Positions 12,201-26,300 are shown, counted from the stretch's first letter. The stretch: 64,000 nt of DNA from Phoronis australis (GCA_002633005.1 NMRA01000606.1:1-64000); one strand, 5' to 3'. A program made the numbers and translations. The notes: a model not told the origin generated them from the sequence alone.

Positions 12201-15200
12201 AGCTCCTCATTCCCAATTACAGGCTTTTATTTTATTTGCATTCTGAACAACATGCTACCTTGAACTGTAAAATTTTGTTAAAATTACTTGGCAGAGTAAT
12301 AAAAGAGAGATAAAGATTATTAGCACTGCTTGTTCTGTGCAGTTGCTATCAAACTCAACCTGACTCTTAATTTCTGGTAATCTTTTAAAATGACAGTTTT
12401 GCCATTTTTTGTTTGAATTTAAAGAAATAACTTTTCCCATCATACCTTAGACATACCAAATAGATCAATTTTTATGTGCTATGAAATATTGTGGGTTAAT
12501 TTAAGGATAGTTGCTTGACCTATCTTTTTTCGGTGGTAAGTTGAGATCTGTTTTGGTCTTCAAAAATTGCAACACTTTTTATAAGACTTAGACTATGTAC
12601 TTTGGTACGGAGCTAGGAGATAATCTTGGTCTTGAACATTAATGTTATTATGGAATACACTAAAACTTGCAGAAGTTGAGGATGCAAATGTTGGATCTTG
12701 TGTCTTAGTTCCACAGCATGGTTCTAACTTAGTTAATACGACTGCCTTTAAGATTAATAGAACTTCGTCTTACTCAGATAAAATCTCATACAATTGGGTC
12801 CAACTTTTGCAAGTTTCACTGTAGTTTCCTTTTTGATGAGTTGTACTGGGAACTTGCATTTAATTGTTTGTTTGTTTACCTGTATCCCACCAGCAGTCCT
12901 CCTTCCCCATTGAGTGACGACTCTGATCTTGGGTATCCTAGTGACTCCGACTACGAGTAGGATGACTGAATGACTTTTCTCTTGTTTTTGTGTACTGTAC
13001 TCATCCGGGTTAAGGCCCACCTTGGGTTTTCCCACTTTTAACTTTCCGTTTGTTACTCTGGAAAAGTATGGTATTTTGTTATGTTTCGTTTTATTTGGAT
13101 TAATTTAATTCTGTTATTGTTCATCTAGTATTATTGTAAGTTAGGGATCATGTGTGCATGAAAGCTTTAGTGACTGAGCAATTGTGTTTTTCTTGCTACG
13201 GTAAAAATTTCCCAGTTTGGGACAATGAAAATTGATTATTTCGCTCCAGGTCAGACCTTGTACCAAATTTTAAAAATAAATGGTATTAGAGTCCCAAATT
13301 AAATAATTACGGAAACGGATAATGATCGTTCACATCAATACTACACAATGTGGCCATGTGTGAAAGCGTTCACTGTCAGCAGCTGTTTGATGAATTTTTA
13401 AACTGCCAAGTCTTGTTTTCAGATTCTGTTGATGCAAAATGCAGTGTACCAAATTACAGAATTGTGATGAACAGCGCAGTTGCCCATGTCCCAATCAATC
13501 TTGAGGATTAAGAAAATGCAATTTCAGCTTGAATTTCAGTGTACCAATATTTAAAGACGGTCACAAACTGGGGAGTGTTTACCGTACGTGTATCGCAATT
13601 ATGACATTCCGTAACTGGGAGGGAAAAACTTCTTTTCACTAAATGCTAAGGTGTTTTTGCAGGAAATAATGTCAAGAGTAAACACAGATTAAGTTGTTCA
13701 CAGAGTGGCCTAAGATTACGATTACTATAGTAACTGTATGTTAAGAGTTCTAGCCTGGCATGTTCTGAGGAAGTCTGTGGTCTGTTTCGTAGAAATGTGG
13801 CTTCTAATATATAAAAAATACTGCCGTTGAATATCTAAGGTGTTGATTTTTTAAAATCTCGTACTCTCATGCTAATTTATGTTTTCCAGATTTCCAAACT
13901 TGGTTGCAACAGATAAAAGTTGTCAGACCCATTTACCAGTTTTCCTATATTTGTCTTTGGTTTAAGATTTATAAAAAAAACTACATCAACTCAAATTATA
14001 AAAAATCTCAAATCTTTGAGAAACAGGCATCTAGAGTTGCTCATTATAAATTCTATTTGAATAACAGCTCTCATTAACCAATCATTTGTCATCTAGAGGT
14101 GTTCAGCTTTTCCCTGGTGGGCGTGGTCAACCTCGCATGGCTGCTGGCATTCGACCACGTGGACGCGGTGCTGCAGGGTCAAGAGGTGCTGGTGGGCGTG
14201 GCTACTTGGCAAGCTACATGCCTCGAGGGTTCCGTCCTAGAACAGCGGTAAGCTGCAGAGTGTTGTTTAACTATAGCCAACGCTTATGGTTGTGGATGGT
14301 ATCTTTTTCTTATAATTAAGAGGTAGATAAGGGAAACCATAAGAGAGAAACTGAATAATATCCACGTTTCCATGCTCTATGTGTTAACGCGAAATCCAGC
14401 ACCTATACCTGGTGACATGTATTTCTCAATACGCAACATTTTTTGGTTCTATAAATTTACTGAGTGACAAAGTAACGTTACAGTGATACTCTTATTACTC
14501 ACCTATTTAACAAACAATATACCAGACATGTGAAATTCAATTTTGCGAGATATTTTTACAAAAAAATAAAAAAGAAATTTCTCAGCTATTGTAGCCTGCC
14601 TCTTTTACCTTGTAATGTTGCAAAACAACATTATTTATTACGACTGAGTTTCCGAAAATAGAAAAATTAACTTCGACATTATTTTTGTGCATGATGAGTG
14701 GAGATTTGTCCTTAAACAATGTTTATGTAAATGACATAAAATTAAGTCAAATTTCCAGACCTGTACACCATTGTCTGCCTCACCATTTCCATCTGTCTAG
14801 TGGGAGCTTAGCCGGTCCTTCTTTTCTGTGTTTGTTGGTTGCATGATACTCCTAATTTTGTGTGTTGATGCCAAAGTTCCTCTTTAATATAGATTTGAGT
14901 TTACCTCTTTTCTTAAAGTGGGGCCGTATTTCCGTATTTGTTGAGTGATGAAAACTTGGACAAAATACTGAGTAAATGAAAACGTATGCATATTGAAGCG
15001 TGTGCATCTCAAAGCATGTGCATATTAAAGCTGCCTTCTGCCAATAATCAAATTTAGATATAACCCTCTTACCATAGAGGTCTCTAGTTGTTCCTTAAGC
15101 GGGTTGAAAGTATTTTCTGAGCTTGCTACAAAAAACGCAACAGCATGGTCGAGCCATTTATTGAACACGGTCCAAAGCCAAGAAATTACTTCTAAACATA

Positions 15201-18200
15201 GTAAGGAACAAGACCAGTTCTATAAATGTGAGTGGATTAAATCAAAGGGTACGGTAAAGTCTCACCAATTTAGGACACATGGCAGACAAGTGAAATTTAT
15301 GTTTTCATTTTTGATAAAAGGTCAAGTAGCACCAAATAAATGATACACCATTTTCACGATCTTAGCCATGTCTATCTTCAGAAGACACTTCTGGTTAATT
15401 GTGAACATTCAAAACAATATTATAAGGCTTTGAAAAATGAAAAAGACTAATTTTGGCAATTGTTTTAGTCCGAAATTGGTAAGATTTTACCGTAATTTGT
15501 TTTTGGACAGAATGTAATTACCCATAGCAACGTTAAACCTTCTTGCCTCTGTGTTTGCATAATGTACTATCTATTCTCATTAACTGCATGCATGCATCTA
15601 TTTAGGACCGCTATGATCTAATGCCTGGTATGGAGTTAACCCCAACTAACCCTATCACGTTGAAACCTCAGTCAGCTTCTAAATCACCTGTTCAGGTAGG
15701 ATTACTTGAGCATTTTACTTTTAGCTAATCTCGTACGTGATCCAAAAAGGAAGTAATTTTATTTCGCTGTTGTTAATATTGCACAAACCATTTCTGTCAT
15801 AGTCAGCCATTGTTCGAGTGACTTTCCTTTATGAATTTGTGTGAACAAATTACTGTAACTCTCAACTATTCCACACAAAAATCGCCGTTTTCCATTTTTA
15901 CTGGGAATACTACGTCTACGCACAGCCATATTGTGTGCTGAATAAGTGAAGAATTACTGTATAATATATAATACAATTAATTTACTGTCAGTGGTTGTTG
16001 AACACTACTAAATGTGGCACTCGGATATCCAACCAGGCAAGGCTCACTCTCATGAGAAATAGAAAACCTGTTTCTCTCAGGAAAAAGTCTTCTTTCATCT
16101 CCAATGTCACTCAGAGAAGTAAAGAGTTCTCTTAGATTTTGTTGTCTAAATTGAAAAGTAGCATTGACCGTGGATATACTTTTGAATTCAGTACACACGC
16201 ACATTTCCACCCACAGTTGAAGAACCTCTGATTGCAGTTCATGTCCGCCTCTGCTCACCATGGAATTTTTAGTTTGCTATTGATTCTGAAGGATCTGTGT
16301 GAGATTAACATCTGGCAACTTGGGGAAGGGGACGTGATCGAAAATTAACAAAAGTCAACTAACCGTATATAGATCACTTTATGCTAAGCTGTTTAGTTAT
16401 TGTAGTTTCAAAAAGTCATTTCTCATCTTATACAAAAAGTCCATGTTCTGTTGAACCAGCCTGGGGCTTCGCAGTTTTTTCCTGCTATGCAATTTCAATA
16501 GTTTTGCTGTGTGTGAGTTTTGTTTCTTGCAGCGCAGTGTCTTGAGCTAATCGCAGGATTGAAAACTTAATTGTCCGAGTCTGGCTTTATTTGCATCGCT
16601 AATTATGCTGAAAAAAATTCAACACACGAAAACATGCTCATTTTGGCTGCCAGTTGTGTTATAGGTGAATCTGTCGTTTCAGATTTTGGAGGAGGTCTGT
16701 GCAAAGAACGGATGGGGTGCTCCTGCCTATCAACTGAACTCTACAGTGGGTAAAGATGGCAGTGGGGACATGCAACTCTTTCTGCATAAGGTGTGTATTG
16801 GGTGCATGAGGGTAGAGTTGTGGGTTAGTGGGTACGTAAGTGATATAATAGTGTGAATTTTGTGGCGGGCACCTTGCATGAAGGTAACAAATTCGATCAT
16901 TGTACATTTCGTAAAAACATATAAGGGTGACTACTGTATTCGTTAAGATTTAGGCCCATCTTAGTTCAATTCCCACCCTTGAATTGTAACTTTTAAATGC
17001 TTTTGTTCACTGTAAACACCCTCATTGACTTCTTTTGTCAGGATTTGAGGATTTAGGGTTATTCAATTTTTTCAATTTTTATTTAGACCAGTTAGAAAGT
17101 GTTCACATGCCGTCCCATCAGAAGGCAGATTGCACGTCTGATCCACTGATGTAGAAAATTCTGATGTGTGAACATTTATCAGATCAGCCTTCTTACCCTG
17201 AAAAGCCTTTATTCCAATAACATTGTGGTAATAGGCTCTGTGTACCCGTGGTTGTCGCATGAAGATGACTAGCAGTATGTAGCATTTTCCACATTAATGT
17301 TATGCTAATTACTTGAATTACTTGTAAGATGGCAGGTATGATATGCCTTTTTGAAGGTTTTTTTAAGCATCTGGTCGCTGCCTCCTTATGAAAATTATGC
17401 ATGTGAATGCGGTATTACTGTTATAGAATTGGGGCTCTATCAGAAGTTAATTGACTGTGGGTTTGTTTTTAAGGTTTGTAGCTATGCTTTGAGATTGTGT
17501 GTGGATGGAGAGAGAATGATTAAATCCAGTAATTGATTTATTATATGATACCCACTAATTAAAACAAGCAAAACCTGACGTTAATTTAGTAGACTAACAA
17601 TGAAGAGGAGTAACTCCGCTAGTGTCTCACTGCCCACAATGCAAGTGTCTTGAGGTCTTAATTAACTTCCTGTTCATTAACCCTTTGCCCTTGCCAAGAT
17701 CCTCTTTAGAATATTCCACGAGATGGCCCTGTTGTACTATTTCTTCAGTAAACTGTAGCAAGTCCTGTGGCCTCAACTACTAAATCCCATTTTCAAGACT
17801 TTTGTCCAAAGTATAATAAAAACCACATGATCTTATTGGCTGTTACGATAGCTTTCAGAAATTTCTCGTGCATTGACCCCAGAACCAAAGTGGTAAAGAT
17901 CGTCAAAAAAATAGATATTCACATGAAAATAATTGCAAACAAGTTTGACCACATGCTTTTAAAAGTGCATGTGCTCAAATTTTGGGCATCGATTTATTCT
18001 TGTACTAATTACTGAACATTTATTCTGACAGGCTTGTTTCATGAAACTTCCTAGGTCAGAGACTGAAGTCTGCATGGCTAACTTGAGACCAACCAGTTGT
18101 AGCCCTGTTTCTTGAAATTTCGACAAAAATGTTATGTTGTTGCAAACGAAGCTAGGGTATCCTGCAAAACGAAGATTATGCTTCATATACTTATTAGCTT

Positions 18201-21200
18201 AAGCCATGCCATTTCATGAGTTTTTTAGTTCACTGAATTGCAGTCAAACCAGTGTATCTTCACAAGTCTTTGAATCCTTAGCAACATTTAAAGGGCCTTA
18301 TAAATTACAGTAATGGTGAAGTCAGGTCAAAATGTCCGTCACTTTGCAGTGGTCGTGAATCAAGCAGTGCAAGCTGTCGTGAGGAGTGAACCCTCGGCTA
18401 ATAAAAAAATGTTCTGCATGCGTTCTGTGTTTATATCGACGAACACGGATGTTTCTTACGCCACTGTATATCGCATACCCTATGTGCCTTTGTGTCAATT
18501 TGTTCACCTTTTCCCTTGTTTTTCATGTTTCAATGAGTATATTATTTACAGGTGACTATCCCAGCTCTTGCCACACAGTTTCCAAATGGCTTGCAACCCA
18601 CCAAGCTGAGCCGGTCCCCAGACGACGCCAAGCAGCTAGCTGCTGAGTATATCTTGAGCACTCTAGGAATTCCAGTTGACAGTAAGCGGACATCATTTAC
18701 CTGACCAACATCTTCATGTACTGCCGCAAACATTCAGGTTAACGCCATGGGCACTTTAATTGTGGAGTTTGGAATCGGGGGAGGGGGAAGGAGAAGAGGA
18801 GTGCTTATTCAAACGTGGGCGCTTCACCTAAGCCTACCAGTTATTCTGGTCACCTGTGACTATTGAATTCGAAGTCCACAGGCTTGAAGTTCAAAGAATT
18901 GGCTTCAAGGCTAGTTGCCGATGCGAAAGTAATTAATGAATCATTTTCTAATCTTAGAGGACTTACCTGCCCGCATTGTCATCGCAAACTCCCTCCTTTT
19001 GTTTGTTGTTGAACGATTAAAACACATCTGCCGAAAAAACGTGTTGATGTGCGATGAATTTGTCGAGCAAAAATCTTACGATTGCAGATGTTGTTAATGT
19101 ATTCAGTGCTTAGTCTTGCCTTGAAAGCATCGAAATACTTCAACTTTGTGTTCATTTCCATTAGTGGCTGATTTGAGTTCACTGCCATGGCTTTTATGTG
19201 CTCCATATAGGGACAAAATAGGTCGGCCACAAAACGAACACGTGACCTGTCAGTAGTGCTACTTGGCATTAAGCGGTAAACAAAGCCAGAATTTGGCTCG
19301 TAAACTTTGAGCAAAGACGGATTTTTTCGAAAATTGAATTTGTTGTTGTATTGTATGGGACTTCGTGGGTGACTATATTCTTTGTAAATGTCAATTTCAA
19401 CTACACAGCCTTTTCAATATACTCTGCGGAAGAAGCTAACACAATACAGTGTTCCTGGCGGTAGCTGCAAACTCTCACACGGCGACTCCAAAATTGGTCC
19501 GGTCGCTGCATTTGAAAGTGCGCCTTACTATTTTGAAAATCAATTTGGTGAAATAAACTACGGGTGGACACTATTATGATCAGTGGGCGGTTAATGAAAA
19601 TTGTCAGAGTTGAAATTCTAAAAGTAAGGCTAGGCACTTACATGAGAAGGGGCATTAACCTGAATGTTTACGATAACAATTTTTTTATTTTGACATATTT
19701 AGTGAACATATTTCCCATTGTTTTGGTTTGGTCCACCTGACTGGGCAAAATGCGTTTCACCTTTTTGGATAATTTTTAGAGCACGGAAAGTAACCGGTTC
19801 TCTGCAACGCTTTTGTCGTTTCACGCTAAAAATTGTCTTTCCCAATCGGCAGCCATTAGCTGAAGCTGTGACAGCTATTCAGCAAGCAACTGCCATTTCA
19901 CACAATTATTTTGAATAATTGTCAAAACAAAATTTAAATCCAGGTGGTTATTTTGAGGTCTCCAGAGTGCGAGGACACTGTCCTTATTTGTGTTAAACGC
20001 AGTAGTTTAAACAATAAAGTTGCCGTCAAAATTTGACAGTTTTGGTGCACAAAAACACAACTAGAATGTTCATTTGTTTTTTTTTTTTTACAAGAATCCA
20101 TTTCAATTCTAGTTAACTCTTTCACAACACATTGAAAGGTTTTGCTCCATTCACAGTTTGGAAACCTCAACTTATTAGTGTCCACTGTTCCATTACATAA
20201 TTAAGCAACTAGCATTGAGGTTCAGTAACGCGTCATCAAACTCAGACTGATGTTCGACAAAACAGCTCTTTCATGCAACAAAATTAACTATCAAATAATT
20301 CTGGCAATTTATCCAAGTTTGGCAGGGTTCTGTCCAAGTCTGACTCTACTTTATTTTGAAAACTACTGCCACTTTCATTTACAAATTAATTCATTGTTAT
20401 TGAATTCAAGATTGAGTGTCGCGTGTGCCAAGTTATTAATTGATATGTAAAAAGGTCCTTTAAATAAATGTTTTCACTGACCAATTTAAACTTGCTGCAG
20501 TGAGAGAGTCTTAAAAGAGTTGAATGTTTTGTCAAAGGAATACATGGATCAGTACCTGGCATTGCCGTGGTGCAATGCCTTTAACTAGCCGTTTGTGATT
20601 ATGTTATGTGTAATCATTGAAAATTGAAGGACATGGTTCCCATGTTCTCTAGAATTTTCCTCGTAGTCTGCACTACTCTGTTCTACTGGTAGACATTTCC
20701 ATCACCTGCACCACACCAATCATACATGTAGATCACTGCATATGGTACTTTTTCACTTATTTGGCACACATTTTGACTGATGAGTGGAATTTTATATTGC
20801 CAAAATTCATCTCGAAAAAAGAAGTATCCTATTTCTGGGATGTTTTGTACAACATTCGACAGCTGCCTCTATTTGCAGCAAAGTGACCTGCTTTTGAAAG
20901 CTGGATAATGAAAATTTTGGCAATTGTTTGTTTGTGAAATAAGTGGATNAATACCTTGATGGCTTCTGCTTCTACCTTCTTACGCATGTAGTATAGCTTA
21001 GAGCTCATATGAATCCCTACAAACTAAACTTTAAAGTGAACGCCGCCATTTGAATTGATATTGACTGCAATGACCACATATTGTGTAGAATGATATGGCT
21101 TTTTACATAGCAAATACACGATTTCCGTGACATACGTGCGAGTTGTTCCTGCGGAGTTAAGTCATGTGCCGAATTTGTCTTCTGCTTTTCGAGTCTTTGA

Positions 21201-23339
21201 CAGTTTTGTCAATTTTAAAAATGGATTTGATAAGCATTTGGTTAAATTTGCACAAACAATGCGCTTATTCATAGTTGAGGCCTGGGGATAACGCAAGCTT
21301 AAATTTGCTATCGACCCACCTTCTGTCACAAAAAAAACACTTGATTTTGACCATTTCTGTCATTTTTCCCCTCATTAAATTAAAGAGAACTGATAATTCA
21401 TTGTTGCTTGACATTAAGCTTTTCAAATTGGATTGCCATCACTTAACTTGCTGGGTATTAACTTAACTGATGACAGTCAGTTTTCTCAGCTGCAGAAATG
21501 ACTTCTCATCTCAGTTGGGGACCAGTTTATAATCAGCTTTATAGTGGTAATAAGTCCACTAAATCGGGGAAACACGTGTTTATTGCCGCTTAAAACAGAA
21601 GAACCTTTACTAGATGCTATTCAGTCAATACATGTCTCAAAGGTTGGCAGTTACCTTAAAATGAGAAGATTCAAGCGACACACATTCTTCAAAATGGCCA
21701 GTCTTCTTTGCTGTGGCTTTAGTGCTAAGCTTTTGCAGACCGGTAGCAACTAGTGATCTAAGTTAGAGCTAGGCAATAAGTGAAATGATCAGCTTACTTG
21801 AGGTTCATTGATCCTAAAGTTCCTGCTTTGATAAGATCTGTACCTTTTCTGAACTATAGGATTTTTAATTGACAAAGCGAGTACCATAATTGATGTTTTA
21901 CAACTGAAGCCTTTTGAGTAGGTGTTCAAGATTTACACGTGATAAAGCTTACAAGTACACTAGTTCAGACTCTATCCAGTTTAGGTGTTAAAAAGTTAAA
22001 TGTTTCATTGTTGTCAGTGGTTGCGATCAGCTTGCAATCTTTTAAATTGCTTATTAAACATTCCCCGTCTCTGATGGCAGTGGAAAATTTCCCCCATGCT
22101 ACTACCTGGATATTCACTCCAGTAGTTCCTGTTGTTAATCTTTCTTTTCTCCCTCCGTTTCGCTCTACTCTTGGCATTGCTTATTTAGCATTCACAAGTT
22201 TGCACTATTCTCTGTCAGTCTTCTAAATTGTTCATGCCTTGATCATCTCATGTATCTCAGCAGTTACATCATTGATTGTACCTCATCCCACTTCAAAACT
22301 TAAAGTCCTCTATTGAGCCTTACCTCTACTAGGCATTTGTCGGCATCTCTGCTCATCACTCTCTTATTTTGCACTGCACTAAGTCTTGTCACGAGAACTT
22401 GATGTTAGTTTCTAGTCGTCATGGAATTCTTCTGCTACTCAGGTGTCTTACTGCGCTTTCCTGCTAACTGCTGCTTTTATTGGTTTGCAGCCAGCCTGCC
22501 TGACATAGCAATCACGGCCGTAGTGACTCCGACGGTGTCCCCTACCGGCCTATACCAGCCCCGGCCACTCGGCCCGACTGTATTCCCCATGTCTAGTGGG
22601 ACAGCCCAGGAGGTGGCCTTTGTCAGCTCCTCTGTACCAGTCATCTCTGCTGCGCTGACTCAGAGTAAGCAATGCTTATTGTTCACGTCATGTGACGCCT
22701 AGTAGGTTTCAGGAGCCATGTATATCAGTAGAACAGACCACCTGCAGGCTTTAGACTGTACTGTACCTTGTGGTAGCTGCATGTATATGAAAGGTGTACT
22801 CAAAAGTTTTGAACTCGGCAAAAAGCCTAAGTAGCTATTTAGCCTTTTTGCACAGAAGTTTCATGTCTCAATTAATGACATTTAGGGAACAGAAAATACA
22901 AGCACATTGACAATAGTTAGTTCATATTTACAACATACGCGCACATCCAACTGTTTCAAACAAACCACTGATTGGCCAACGACCCAAACAACCAATCACG
23001 AAGGTGTCGTAGCCATAACAACGAGTGACTTGATTTGTCGACACATTCAGCAGCACTTCAAGATCAGATGAGTGTGAAAATGTTTTTAGTCCCCAGTTAC
23101 TGCTTCGTTGACTGGCAAACGTACGTCTCTTTAAGTGACTGTCTGGAATTATTTGTGATTGCTGGTATGGTCAGTTAGTTTAACATGAAAGTAGGCCATA
23201 CAAAATACATTCTGTCATGTATTCTGAGATTTCAAACAAATTCATTAACCAATCTTTTGCAGGTACTGGAGATCAGTTTCCTTATGAAGGATATCAACAC
23301 CCACCTACTTATACCGCCACACACCACTACTATAATTAG
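9109..23339 (+). CDS. A1CF: APOBEC1 complementation factor-like RNA-binding protein (A1CF/RBM47/RBM46 family), 5'-partial spliced gene
   Basis: Exons 9109-9289, 10099-10205, 11876-11961, 14097-14247, 15606-15695, 16683-16790, 18552-18681, 22491-22664, 23263-23339 are all GT-AG and phase-consistent (1104 nt). They encode RRM3 ([32 protein letters not shown]), an RG-rich region, the [15 protein letters not shown] motif and a dsRBD-like domain ([34 protein letters not shown]) resembling vertebrate A1CF. RRM1-2 exons were not found and presumably lie upstream of the window. Confidence 0.88.
10099..10205 (+). CDS. A1CF: A1CF-like exon (end of RRM3)
   Basis: tttatag|..CAG|gtgag; [36 protein letters not shown]. 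Confidence 0.9.
11876..11961 (+). CDS. A1CF: A1CF-like exon (Tyr/Pro/Gly-rich linker)
   Basis: tatag|..AG|gtact; [29 protein letters not shown]; phase fits both neighbours. Confidence 0.78.
13199..13584. mobile_element. Tc1/mariner/pogo-type MITE (TA TSD)
   Basis: TA|cggtaaaaatttcccagtttgggac .. gtcacaaactggggagtgtttaccg|TA; 25-bp TIR with 4 mismatches. Confidence 0.8.
14097..14247 (+). CDS. A1CF: A1CF-like exon (RG-rich)
   Basis: tctag|..GCG|gtaag; [37 protein letters not shown]. Confidence 0.87.
15252..15492. mobile_element. Tc1/mariner/pogo-type MITE (TA TSD)
   Basis: TA|cggtaaagtctcaccaatttaggac .. gtccgaaattggtaagattttaccg|TA. Confidence 0.8.
15606..15695 (+). CDS. A1CF: A1CF-like exon
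   Basis: tttag|..CAG|gtagg; [30 protein letters not shown]. Confidence 0.9.
16683..16790 (+). CDS. A1CF: A1CF-like exon (dsRBD-like, first half)
   Basis: tttcag|..AAG|gtgtg; [36 protein letters not shown]. Confidence 0.9.
18552..18681 (+). CDS. A1CF: A1CF-like exon (dsRBD-like, second half)
   Basis: ttacag|..GAC A|gtaag; [43 protein letters not shown]. Confidence 0.9.
22491..22664 (+). CDS. A1CF: A1CF-like exon (low-complexity C-terminal, symmetric phase 1-1)
   Basis: ctaac branch-like motif, ttgcag|..CAG A|gtaag; GC-richer open frame [27 protein letters not shown]. Confidence 0.72.
23263..23339 (+). CDS. A1CF: A1CF-like last coding exon
   Basis: ttttgcag|GT..; [27 protein letters not shown], followed by long U-rich UTR-like sequence. 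Confidence 0.72.
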
Positions 23340-26300
23340 GAGTTACGTGTTACTGTGGACATTCTCCATAGTGACGAAGTGGATGAATTGCACTTGTGCC
23401 ATATGCCAGCCTTGTTGGTTGTGCCATTGGGCGGCACATTTCCTTGTTCCTGCACTTATTTTGAAAACATGTCTTAGGGTTGTTGATAGGGTGAAAAGCA
23501 TGAAATTGCTAAATTTTTAGGGAGTGAACCGGTTTTATGTTTGTTTTTTTTTAAGTACAATTACTTAACCGGTTTTATTTGGTTGTTTTAAGTACAAGTA
23601 CGCAGTTGTACAACGGTTTGTTGTTGTTTGCTTAATGCTTCTTTTTGCGTAGAAACATATTTAGTAAGTGTTAACATTATTTGTTTTAAGCTTGGAGTTC
23701 TGCTGCTTTTTGTCTCACGATGTTCTTTGTTTTATACATTATTCAGGTCCCCTCAAAACTTACATGCATACATGCAAGTTTATGTGCCAGGCCCCACCAG
23801 TTGCCAATTGATAAATATGCGAGTGTGTTGTTGATGTAGGTTGTTGTTCAGTAATGCAAGGTGATCTAGGGGTGACCATGAATAGCTTTGAACAATGTAG
23901 TTTTGATATTGTGTACATTGCCTCCTGGGACACGTGTGCCATGATACAGTTGTGTGGGTACTTTGTAAAGTTTTATGGAATGACTCTCTCAAAAAGAAGG
24001 TATAAATGTGCAAGTAGAAGTTCTAGGGGCTGTTGAACTGGTTTTATTAGATTTTTTGTGTTGTCATAAAGAGTATTCCTAGAACCTGACTGGTGCTTCA
24101 CAAATGGATGAGAGGTTCTAGTCAACCCGTTATCAAGTGCTATCAAATTTTATCGCTTCTTTTGTTTGTGACATAACTTTTCAGTCACGTTTTGTGACGT
24201 CTCAAGTTGTTAAGATTTTCAAGCATGATGTTGATGATTCCTAAGAGTTTTCAAACAAATCCATTCCAATCAAACATTCCAATATGGATTTAGAGAAGTA
24301 GTTTTTACATGGAAACCATTCCATGCGTTATCTGAGGCTATACTCAGAATTGAAGTTGTCAGAGGAATTCTTGTGCCAAAGCTTGGAGTCCACCAAAGAT
24401 CGTTTTTCAACTTACAAAAAGAAATTTTGTTTCAATGACTTACTCTTGCCAAGTTTCTGTTTGTCTGAGATATATTAATCATCGTGTGAACTCGTCCATG
24501 AATAAAGGTGGTGGTGTATCAGCATATATACAATTTAATCAAAGCTTAGAATGTTGGAATATACAATAAACAACCGATAGACGTGGCAATAAAGAACTTG
24601 AAGTAGCATCTGTAGTATCATTTATAATAATAATGCAGTTTTTGTCATATTAGGAATGATACCATATAGTGTCAGAAAAGCTGGAATGTGATTCACGGGC
24701 ATGTAAATCTTTTTCGTGAAGTTGTATTGGCTAACTTATAAATATGTAATTATTACACTTTTCGTGTTGATTTTTGACGATTTGCATTGAAATTTTTGCT
24801 GTTGATTAGTCGTTGATTTTCAATGATGTTTAGATGGTTTCTGATCGTTCAAAACTGCTAGTTTGTATTAGATAAACATGATTTATTTAGTAGCGCGTGA
24901 ACTGCAACACTTCTTATTTAGTTATGTATGTGTTGATAGGGATTTTTGGTGGTTGGTATTTTTGGAATTTGTTTTTGAAATGTTCTCCTCGAGGTTTCTA
25001 CGCTCTTCCATTTGTGGCGTGTGCCGAGTAGCAAGATTTAACTAGAATTTAAAGTCACAAATAATCAGACTGAAGTTTTGGGATTAAAATGTTGTTAACT
25101 TAAACAGCTTTATTGTGACCTTTCATATCTTCACTGTCGATCATGCCTTTTGGAGAACATTTCTATTTTGTCATTGTTTAGATTTGGGCCATAATGATTT
25201 GAACACTGTATGTAAAACCATTGTAAGAGTGCAAGCTGTTACTGGTTTTGAAATTGGGTTTGAATCACGTTTGTTTTATTGTTGAGTTTTTTGTTTCAGA
25301 CGTGGCAATGTTGTTACTTATGCAACAAGTTGAAATTGTGTGGCCTGTCTTAAATTTAAAAACTATGTAAACATTGTGTTCCTGGCTTTCAAAATGCTAT
25401 AAGGGTTTTGTTTTGAAATTAGTTTAGGTATTTTGTGGTTATTTGTTCCAGAGTTGTTTATTTTTTGTGCTCAGGATTTTGTATGTTTTTAACTCTATGC
25501 ATAAATTGTCATGTGACATGTAGCGAATCATCCGATGCGCTTGTGGCATGCAAAGAAATTTGAGTGATGTATTGTGTGATCCGCTTGACCAGGGCTGACA
25601 AATTTTTCTTGAACACGATATAACACCAGAGGTAATGGAGCGCTGTATTTGGCTCTGTTGTCTTCAGACGTGGAAATTGCGTCAGAGAGATGTGAGCAAG
25701 GATTTTATTGTCACTACAGTTTCGTGTTAAATTGCATATCTCTAAAGGTGTTTTTGCCTCCAATTAAGACAATGGAAATAACTGTTTTACATGTTCTATT
25801 TTGGGTACTGTTTTACAGATATGTTACGTTTTGTCGTACATCCGAGTGGGACTTATTGTAGCACATCAACAAGAAAGTTTTGCATTAGTTTGACAATCAT
25901 TGTCACTTTGAGTTTGTGATATCAGACATTTGAGAAATGTTTCAGAAAGTGGTTTCAACAGTAATTACAGTTTTTATTAGATGTAAAGGTATCAGAATCG
26001 GGTCAATCCAATTAGTGGGATTGGGCTAAAAAATAGCACTTTCGGCCTGCGCCCAATTTGGTTCAAAACATTTGCTTCAAAGCTAACGAAAAGGGCACTG
26101 GGTTACAAAAGAAGAATCGTGACCAATTTCAATTGGCTTCAGGTGGCGCTGCAAAAAAAAAGTTGCCAGGCCATTTCATGAGGCATCAGGACTTTCTGAA
26201 AATACAATGAAACTTGGATAGGTCGGCAATGCTCAAGTCAGATTCTCACTTAACTTGGACAAATTTCATTGGAATGGTTTTTCCAGTTGATACACTCAGC

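Noticed and set aside
20693-20745. Possible extra A1CF-like exon after tag at 20692
   Set aside because: Weak pyrimidine tract and donor, and the in-phase peptide shows no family resemblance.
20949-20949. Third single-N gap
   Set aside because: No flanking duplication is visible, unlike N2429 and N48639.
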